A stretch of DNA of 13,819 nucleotides from an uncultured Verrucomicrobiales bacterium. Its GTDB lineage: Bacteria > Verrucomicrobiota > Verrucomicrobiia > Verrucomicrobiales > DEV007. Where the stretch lies: contig CALKOM010000067.1 in NCBI GenBank assembly GCA_938091905.1, positions 1 to 13,819 of the forward strand, written 5' to 3'. Shown here in pieces: positions 7,216-13,819 of the stretch. The number at the start of each line of letters is the position of its first letter. Within the stretch, counting starts at the first letter, position 1. The notes below the pieces were generated by a model, which worked only from the letters and a program-made list of their open reading frames with translations, had not been told where the DNA came from and ran no database searches. The position numbers and the translations under genes were made by a program.

Positions 7216-8989
7216 TTCCGTGATCAGATTCGAGAGTGTCAGCATGTGTGGTAGGCAATCGTCCCGCCTGACTCATGTTTCCTTGTCATTGTCAAATGGG
7301 GTGACGGCGGTGATGGGTGCCTCTGGTGCGGGGAAGACTTCGTTGCTCAATCTGTTGGCCGGATACGAGCAGCCCAGTTGTGGCAAGATTCACAATGAGC
7401 TTTCGGTGGCGTGGGTGCCTTCGGGATTCGGACTATGGCCAGGGTGCCGTGCGCATGAGCATGTGGCTGATGCTCACTTGCTAGAAATACTTGGGCTAGG
7501 GGACTGCCGAGACGCTTTCCCTCACACGCTTTCGTTAGGCCAGCAAGCACGACTCTCGGTCGCGCGAGCCTTGGCAAGCTCGGCGCAGCTACTCATCATG
7601 GATGAGCCTCTGGCCCACGTGGATCCAAGACATCGGTCAGACTTTTGGAACGTCATTCGCGACCATTTAGGCGAACGCGTCTTGGTTTTTGCCTCGCATG
7701 AGCCGGAAACCGTGCTTGCCCATGCGAGTGAGGTTTGTTGTCTCGTGGAGGGCGAGATCGTGTATCATGGCGAGACGATGGCCTTGTATGAACGACCGGA
7801 AACAAGTGAGCTGGCGCACTTTCTGGGGCGAACCAATTGGCTAAACTCGGATGATCAGCGTTGTTGGCTAGGTGTTGTGGGGGCAGAAGCTCAGAGTGTG
7901 CGCCCAGAGCACTTGGAGGTCCTGCCGAGTGCTGGTGGAAACGTTCGGTGCCTGAGTAGTCAGAACCTTGGCCTTTATGCAGAGTCTTGTTTGAGAAACG
8001 AGGAGACAGGCGATGAGCGTGTCTTTCTTCATCGCTCGACGGCCAGTGTGCTTACAGGGGTGAGAGTGGCCGTGCAATGGCTTGCCTTGTTGATGGTGTG
8101 CCTGAATGTCATGGCTTGTGGAAAGGAGTCGACTATTCCGGTGATCCCTGTCTCAGAGTTTCGTGCCTGGCCCCTTCCAATCGACGGGCCCAAGTTGCCT
8201 TCACCTCGGAGTGTGGCGACAGGTTTGAATGATGACATTGTTGTGTTAGATGATGCGGGGCGTGTTCTGGTCTTTGGAAGTGAGGGGAAGGTTCTGCGCC
8301 GTTGGAGCATGCCGGACGTGACGGTCGGTCGACCGGAGGGCGTGGTTGTGTTAGGTGATGGTAAAATTGTGGTTTGCGACACGCACTATAGCCAGGTCTT
8401 GGTATTCAGTCCGGAAGGGGAGGTTTTGCGGAAATTTGGCCAAGTTGGGCGTGGTGATGGCGAGTTTATTTATCCGGTAGCGATTGCCAGAGACTCACAG
8501 AATTGTTTGTATATCGGTGAATATGGTTCCAATGATCGCATCCAGAAGTTTACGGCTGATGGAAAGCATCTACTCACCTTTGGTAGCTTTGGAACCGAGC
8601 CGGGACAGTTTCAGCGACCATCTGGAATTGTCTGGCATGAAGGCGTGGTCTACGTGGCCGATGCGGTGAATAACAGAGTTCAGCGGTTTCAAGATGATGG
8701 AACCTACACGGGCGAGCTGACGCTGACTCACGCTGGAAAAGCGATCGCGCTTCACCTACCGTATGATTTGGTTCTGGATGGACAGGGGCAACTGGTTGTC
8801 GTGGAGTATGGGGCGGGTCGCGTGCTGAGTTGCACGCTGGACGGCAACCTGATTGGAGCGTATGGGCGCCAAGGATCTGGGATGGGCCAATTTCACACGC
8901 CCTGGGGAGTCACGGTTGATTCACGTGGTCATTTGAGGGTTGCGGATACTGGAAATCGTCGGCTCGTTGCGATGAAGGTTGGTCTGTAA
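7208..8989 (+). CDS. ABC ATPase (+ TOBE-like region) fused to a hydrophobic/lipobox segment and a six-NHL-repeat beta-propeller
   Basis: Walker A GASGAGKT, signature LSLGQQAR, Walker B/D-loop LLIMDEPLAHVD, H-loop ASHE and VRPEHL. Then WLALLMVCLNVMAC, followed by six NHL starts: PSPRSVA, GRPEGVV, FIYPVAIA, FQRPSGIV, LHLPYDLV, FHTPWGVTV...VADTGNRR. Confidence 0.9.
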   Translation: MVDSVIRFESVSMCGRQSSRLTHVSLSLSNGVTAVMGASGAGKTSLLNLLAGYEQPSCGKIHNELSVAWVPSGFGLWPGCRAHEHVADAHLLEILGLGDCRDAFPHTLSLGQQARLSVARALASSAQLLIMDEPLAHVDPRHRSDFWNVIRDHLGERVLVFASHEPETVLAHASEVCCLVEGEIVYHGETMALYERPETSELAHFLGRTNWLNSDDQRCWLGVVGAEAQSVRPEHLEVLPSAGGNVRCLSSQNLGLYAESCLRNEETGDERVFLHRSTASVLTGVRVAVQWLALLMVCLNVMACGKESTIPVIPVSEFRAWPLPIDGPKLPSPRSVATGLNDDIVVLDDAGRVLVFGSEGKVLRRWSMPDVTVGRPEGVVVLGDGKIVVCDTHYSQVLVFSPEGEVLRKFGQVGRGDGEFIYPVAIARDSQNCLYIGEYGSNDRIQKFTADGKHLLTFGSFGTEPGQFQRPSGIVWHEGVVYVADAVNNRVQRFQDDGTYTGELTLTHAGKAIALHLPYDLVLDGQGQLVVVEYGAGRVLSCTLDGNLIGAYGRQGSGMGQFHTPWGVTVDSRGHLRVADTGNRRLVAMKVGL

Positions 8990-9029
8990 TCAGCCTTGCC
9001 TTTGAGCCGAGGCTTCGTTCCATTAATGC

Positions 9030-9446
9030 ATGAAATCACTTCTCATTGTCGCCGCCTCACTTCTTTGTCTTGCGGGTTTCGCCAGGGCGGACAAGCCTCT
9101 TGGCAAACCGATGGTGAAGCACGTAAAGGCGAAGGAAGCAGGTGAACTTTGGAAAGCTAACAAAGACAACGCGGGTTTTGTCGTGCTCGATGTACGGACG
9201 GCAGGTGAGGTTAAAGAAGTGCGCATTCCTAACGCCGTGAACATTGACATTCGCTCAAATGAGTTTGCTGCAAAGGCTGCGAAGTTAGATAAGGAGCGGA
9301 CCTACTTGGTCCATTGTCGATCAGGGGCTCGAAGTCAGACTGCTTTAAAAGCGCTCCAGAAGCTTGGGTTTCTCAAGCTCTACCACCTTGATGGCGGCAT
9401 GATGGCGTGGGAGAAAGAAGGCTTGCAAGTTGATAAGGGAAAGTAG
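9030..9446 (+). CDS. Secreted single-domain rhodanese-like sulfurtransferase
   Basis: Signal peptide MKSLLIVAASLLCLAGFARA, VVLDVRT..E...RIPNAVNID, active-site loop HCRSGARS and LDGGMMAW. Confidence 0.92.
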   Translation: MKSLLIVAASLLCLAGFARADKPLGKPMVKHVKAKEAGELWKANKDNAGFVVLDVRTAGEVKEVRIPNAVNIDIRSNEFAAKAAKLDKERTYLVHCRSGARSQTALKALQKLGFLKLYHLDGGMMAWEKEGLQVDKGK

Positions 9447-9470
9447 AGGGATCGCTGCCCAACACCATTC

Positions 9471-9980
9471 ATGAAAGCTTACGAAATCTTCCAGAATCTA
9501 GACGAGACCCTTGCCCATGAAATCATTGGGTATTTCCGAACGGAGTCTCGAGATATTTACAAAGCCACGGTCTCGAGCTTAGCGACGCAGAGGAAATTGC
9601 GGGCGGCCTATGTGCAGAAGAAGCCTGGTGCGGATCAGATTGCCTGGGTGGTCAAGACGCTCAAGCTGAAGATGGCAGATACGGTGGGGGAGCATTTACT
9701 ACAAGTTTGGTTGCTTAAGCAGCGGAAGGACATGCTGATCCGGTTCGTCGACGATCTCGGAATTGAGCATGACGACGATGGCGGTGTGGAGAATTTGCCA
9801 GAGACAATCGAAGAGGATAAGCTGAAGGCAGCTATCGATCACTTGTTAGAAGACTATCCGGCGAATGTGGTCACCTTGTACCTTCGGGTCTTTCAGATCC
9901 AGCAGCCTGGAGGTTGGCCCGCCATTGCGGGCGCTTTGGAGACGGACGAGAGGCTGGAGTTGGGGAGAGTGGGCGGCTAG
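9471..9980 (+). CDS. Hypothetical protein (soluble, alpha-helical)
   Basis: 169-aa ATG ORF 24 nt after the rhodanese stop, with protein-like composition. No functional motif recognised. Confidence 0.8.
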   Translation: MKAYEIFQNLDETLAHEIIGYFRTESRDIYKATVSSLATQRKLRAAYVQKKPGADQIAWVVKTLKLKMADTVGEHLLQVWLLKQRKDMLIRFVDDLGIEHDDDGGVENLPETIEEDKLKAAIDHLLEDYPANVVTLYLRVFQIQQPGGWPAIAGALETDERLELGRVGG

Positions 9981-10009
9981 CTGGCCATTGGAAACCGTCG
10001 TAAAGTGCC

Positions 10010-10039
10010 TTGAATAGATAGGGGAAGCCACCGTATGCT
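10010..10039 (+). promoter_or_regulatory. Putative sigma70 promoter of the CotH-family gene
   Basis: TTGAAT (10010-10015), an 18-nt spacer, then TATGCT (10034-10039), ~21 nt before ATG 10061. Confidence 0.4.
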
Positions 10040-10060
10040 ATCCGTACAACCCCTACATTT

Positions 10061-13000
10061 ATGTTTCGCGAGCTCCGATTGCCCCTATTTACGAGTCTGC
10101 TGGGATTTTCCCTCTACACGCTAGCACCCGCAGCCCCCATTCTCACTGAATTTATCGCTGGTGGAAGCGATGCTCCTGTTGTCGGTGATGGTTCTACCCC
10201 AGATTGGATAGAGATTCATAATCCCGATGGCTCCCCAGTGAATTTGGCAGGCTACGCGCTGACAGACGACGAGGAGGTTCTTCAGAAATGGACGTTTCCA
10301 GAAGTCACGTTGGAGGCCGGAGGTTACGTCATCGTATTCGCTTCTGGTGATGAAGGTACAGGCGACGAACTTCACGCAAATTTCCAACTAGACGGTGGCG
10401 GCGAATACCTTGCTTTGGTCGATCCTGCGAGCGCCATTCTAACGGAGTTTAATCCCTATCCCGAGCAGCGTGGCGGGGCTTCCTATGGTTCGATTGGTGA
10501 AGAGCTGCAGTTCTTTCAAGAACCCACTCCTGGCGCTGAGAATGGTTCGGGCGTGGATGGCTTTGTTGCGGACACAAAGTTCAATGTGAATCGCGGCTAT
10601 TATGATGAGAGTTTTGAGCTTGAGATCACAACAGCGACCGAGGGTGCAAACATTACGTATTCGCTAGACGGAAGTGATCCTGCCAAAGCCTCGATCTTTA
10701 GTCCGGCTCAGAAATACGAGGGCCCTATCACGATTAGCACGACGACGGTGGTTCGTGCTGTGGCAAAGAAGTCTGGTTGGCAGTCAACGAATACGGATAC
10801 CAACACCTACATCTTCCACGATGATGTGGTCAACCAACCAGACGAGCCCGAAGGTTTTCCAAGCAAGTGGGGACGGTTCAGCGTGGACTACGAGATGGAT
10901 CCTGAGATCACAGGTCCAAATGCAGGCGAGATGAGAGGTGCGTTGCGTTCTTTGCCGACTGTCTCCTTTGTCGGTCACAACGATGACTTCTTTGGATCGA
11001 AAGGAATCTATGGAAATCCCGAGTCGACTGGTTTGAACTGGGAGAAGCCGATTTCCTTTGAGTGGTTAAACAAAGATGGTTCGGGCAAATTCCAGGTCGA
11101 TTGTGGTGCGCGTATTCAAGGTGGCTTCTTCAGGCAGGCAAGTGCATCCGAGAAGCATTCTTTCCGGCTTTTGTTTAAGAGTGAGTATGGCGTGGGGCGT
11201 TTGCGTGAGGACATTGTCGATCAGCCTGGAGCGACCGATAGCTTTGATACGATCGTCTTCCGCGCCGGTGGAAATGATGGCTATGCCTGGGGCGGTGCTG
11301 GAACCACAGTGCAGTTTTTACGAGACGAGTTTGGGCGACGTATCGCGGCAGAAGCGGGGCATGCCTCTCCTCGGGGTGGCTTTCAGCATTTGTATATCAA
11401 TGGTCTCTACTGGGGGCTCTATAACCTCACCGAACGGCCAAACGAGAATTTTTCGGCCTCCTACTATGGAGGCGAGGATGGCGACTGGGATGCAAACAAT
11501 TCTGGTGAAGTCAAACAGGCAGGAGGGAAGGAGAACGGGAACGATCCTTCGAACAGCGGCTTAAGGGATTGGAATACTTACGTCAGCGATGCCCGTGATG
11601 CGGAGACTTATGCAGATTGGATGAAGTTGCAGGGACTGAATCCTGACGGAACCCGTAATCCAGAGTTTAAAGTGTACTTAGATGCGGATCACTACGCGGA
11701 TTACATGATCATCAATTTCTGGGGAGGAAACTGGGATTGGCCTAACAAGAATTTCTGGTTTGGGCGTCTGAATACTCCAGAGAGCACGGGATTCAAGCAC
11801 TACACTTGGGATTTTGAGAACACGATGGGAAACAATCGTTCGCGTTCGCCACTCAACATGAAGGCACCGCGCAACACCCAATGGGTGGGTGGTCCCTACG
11901 CTTCGTTGAAAGAGCTCCTTTGGTTTCAAGTGAAATGGGCGGATCGGACGCAGCGCCTCTTCTTTAAAGGCGGACTTCTATCGCCGGATTCGACCATCGA
12001 AAGGTATAGCAGGATGGCCGCCGAAATCGAGCCAGCGATGTATGCTGAAACAGCACGCTGGGGAGATGACAACCAATCAAGGCCTCACACGATCGACGAG
12101 TGGCGCGACGAGCGCGACTGGATGTTAGAGACTTATCTTCCCCAGCGGACGGACATTGTATTGGGGCAGTTTGAAGACGAAGACCTGTATCCTGGTCGGG
12201 CAGCTGCAGTGTTTTCTCAACACGGTGGTATGGTGGGCAATGGGTTTACCCTTACCATTGAGAATGGGAATCCCGACACGTTTTATACATTAGACGGTTC
12301 AGATCCTTATGAGTTTAATCCTACGTCAGGAGCGATCGAGTTAAGGGATACCGCCATATCCTATACCGAGCCGATTTTGATCAATGGCACTACCACAGTT
12401 AAGGCACGGTATTTCAAGAAGAGCATCTTCGGTGGCGTGACTTGGTCAGCACTTTCGGAGGCGACGTTCTCTTTAGGAACTGATAGTCTCGTGATCAGCG
12501 AGCTGATGTATCATCCGACGGCACCGACGGATTCAGAGCGCGACCAAGGTTGGACGAGTGCGAGCCAGTTCGAATACTTGATTGTGAAGAACACTGGGGC
12601 TGCGGAGGCGGATTTGAAAGGTGTGTATTTTGATGCAGGCGTGGACTATACTTTTCCTGCTGGTGCCAAATTGGCTGCGGGACAATCGTTGGTGCTAGCC
12701 CGGAATCCAACTGCCTTTGCGGCGCGTTACGGCGCTGAGCCGGTGGGCGGTGATTTCGATGGGAAGCTCGACGACGGTGGTGAGACCCTGCGCTTGGTCG
12801 ATGCTGCCGGGCAAGTGATCCAGTCTTTCCGTTATGATGATGGTGAGAGCTGGCCTGCCAATGCAGATGGGCAGGGAGCAACCCTGCTACTTCTCGATCC
12901 TGGGACGGGACCCTCTACCCGACCAGATGCTAGTGCAGCGGGAAGTTGGGGAGAAGGCACAGCCTTTGGTGGTGGAGGTGTGGTGGAAGGACCGAGCCTA

Positions 13001-13375
13001 AACGATTGGCTGACCGAGAACGGATTGGCCGATGCAAACGGCGATGGCGACGGCGATAGTCTCACGGATCTCTTGGAGTATGCGTTAGGGACTGATCCTG
13101 TCGCGAGCGATGAAGCCCCGCTGTCCGTTACTTTTGGAGTAGGTGATTCATCGGCTTCGGTCAGTTATCAACGTCGACAAAGCATTTCTGGAGCGGTGCT
13201 GACGCTCGAAGAGAGTTCTGACTTGGATGTTTGGGCTCCAATCTCCGCGGGCGATTGGCAGATTGAGGAATCGAGTGTGGAAGGGGATCTTGGTCTCGTT
13301 CAGCTGACATTGATTCCGAAGGATGCGACCGTTTCAGCGGTGAAGTTTCTTCGCATCGCTGTTTCTCAGAACTAG
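10061..13375 (+). CDS. Secreted CotH kinase-family protein with lamin-tail domains, chitobiase/FN3-associated linkers and a C-terminal domain
   Basis: Signal peptide; LTD1 (PILTEF...DWIEIHN...VNLAGYALTD); YSLDGSDP and YTLDGSDP linker domains; CotH core (HLYINGLYWGLYNLTERP, NWDWPNKN, TWDFE); LTD2 (LVISELMYHP...FEYL); DGDGDSLTDLLEYALGTDP; C-terminal LEESSDLDVW...KFLRIAV. Confidence 0.9.
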   Translation: MFRELRLPLFTSLLGFSLYTLAPAAPILTEFIAGGSDAPVVGDGSTPDWIEIHNPDGSPVNLAGYALTDDEEVLQKWTFPEVTLEAGGYVIVFASGDEGTGDELHANFQLDGGGEYLALVDPASAILTEFNPYPEQRGGASYGSIGEELQFFQEPTPGAENGSGVDGFVADTKFNVNRGYYDESFELEITTATEGANITYSLDGSDPAKASIFSPAQKYEGPITISTTTVVRAVAKKSGWQSTNTDTNTYIFHDDVVNQPDEPEGFPSKWGRFSVDYEMDPEITGPNAGEMRGALRSLPTVSFVGHNDDFFGSKGIYGNPESTGLNWEKPISFEWLNKDGSGKFQVDCGARIQGGFFRQASASEKHSFRLLFKSEYGVGRLREDIVDQPGATDSFDTIVFRAGGNDGYAWGGAGTTVQFLRDEFGRRIAAEAGHASPRGGFQHLYINGLYWGLYNLTERPNENFSASYYGGEDGDWDANNSGEVKQAGGKENGNDPSNSGLRDWNTYVSDARDAETYADWMKLQGLNPDGTRNPEFKVYLDADHYADYMIINFWGGNWDWPNKNFWFGRLNTPESTGFKHYTWDFENTMGNNRSRSPLNMKAPRNTQWVGGPYASLKELLWFQVKWADRTQRLFFKGGLLSPDSTIERYSRMAAEIEPAMYAETARWGDDNQSRPHTIDEWRDERDWMLETYLPQRTDIVLGQFEDEDLYPGRAAAVFSQHGGMVGNGFTLTIENGNPDTFYTLDGSDPYEFNPTSGAIELRDTAISYTEPILINGTTTVKARYFKKSIFGGVTWSALSEATFSLGTDSLVISELMYHPTAPTDSERDQGWTSASQFEYLIVKNTGAAEADLKGVYFDAGVDYTFPAGAKLAAGQSLVLARNPTAFAARYGAEPVGGDFDGKLDDGGETLRLVDAAGQVIQSFRYDDGESWPANADGQGATLLLLDPGTGPSTRPDASAAGSWGEGTAFGGGGVVEGPSLNDWLTENGLADANGDGDGDSLTDLLEYALGTDPVASDEAPLSVTFGVGDSSASVSYQRRQSISGAVLTLEESSDLDVWAPISAGDWQIEESSVEGDLGLVQLTLIPKDATVSAVKFLRIAVSQN

Positions 13376-13390
13376 ACCTTGGGTCGTTTT

Positions 13391-13819
13391 TATTAATGCG
13401 GCCCTTAAATACAAGAGTCTTGTCCGGCGTATGCGATATGTCGCCCTTTTAAATAGCTCATGATCCGTTCTGACTGTTTTTGGATGCTGCGTATGAACGA
13501 GATCACGTTTGCTTTTAGCTCGGCCAGATTTCTTGGCATCCGCTTGGTGTTTACGTTCTTCTTGAGATCGCGGTTGAGATATTCATCGGCATTGAGTTCT
13601 GGCGAATATCCCGGAATGAACTCAAGTCTGAGATTGGGCTGTTCCTATACCCACGACTTGATCCGCTTGTCATGATGTACCGGTAGGTTGTCCGTGATTA
13701 CAACCACAGGCCCTTCGGTTGTCGTTACCAGCTTGGATAGAAACAATATGAACTTCGATTGTGTCATTGTGGCTGTGTAGCACATGAACCGAAGTTCACC
13801 CTTGTTTGTCACTGCACTG
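13391..13819 (-). mobile_element. IS630-family insertion sequence, right end (runs off the window)
   Basis: Minus-strand transposase C-terminal half, followed by a candidate end ...TATTTAAGGGCCGCATTAATA finishing in TA, the IS630 target dinucleotide. The exact boundary (~13391-13395) is uncertain. Confidence 0.8.
13405..13818 (-). pseudogene. IS630-family DDE transposase, C-terminal part, premature TAG at 13645-13647
   Basis: Manual translation: SAVTNKGELRFM...VVVITDNLPVHHDKRIKSWV*EQPNLRLEFIPGYSPELNADEYLNRDLK...AYAGQDSCI*. It contains the DNxxxH and PxYSPELNxxE hallmarks of IS630/Tc1. Confidence 0.92.

Noticed and set aside
144..13647. Stop-codon reassignment explaining the in-frame stops (TGA 144, TAA 1592, TAG 13645)
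   Set aside because: Three different stop codons are involved, all in decayed elements, and intact genes terminate normally with TAA, TAG and TGA.
13460..13675. 71-aa plus-strand ORF
   Set aside because: It is the antisense shadow of the IS630 transposase.
1..13819. Composite transposon formed by the flanking IS elements; CRISPR array, tRNA or rRNA
   Set aside because: The two IS belong to different families and the enclosed genes look chromosomal. No regularly spaced short repeats or RNA-gene signatures were seen.

Overview
Bacterial window, probably Verrucomicrobiota/PVC. This is inferred from the lamin-tail/CotH architecture, the type of C-terminal domain and the AC-rich, SD-less leaders. 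Both ends carry damaged IS elements that the ORF track misses: an IS4-family left end at 1-299 and the 3' part of an IS630-family element at ~13391-13819. The left third is disrupted. It holds a frameshifted FG-GAP/VCBS lipoprotein gene, a frameshifted membrane-protein gene, and a large secreted Cys-rich repeat gene (2285-4694, minus strand) broken by one extra base. Repaired, that gene encodes ~802 aa: a signal peptide, four ~110-aa repeats joined by acidic linkers, and a C-terminal putative sorting domain. Each repeat splits into two 6-Cys modules, C-x19-CxGxC-x5-C-x15/20-CxC. This matches the growth-factor cystine-knot signature (PDGF/VEGF-like spacing), eight times over, and is the best candidate for a novel system. 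The right part is intact: a fructosamine-3-kinase-family gene, an ABC permease, an ABC ATPase fused to a lipoprotein-like segment and an NHL propeller, a secreted rhodanese, a hypothetical protein, and a large secreted CotH kinase/lamin-tail protein.
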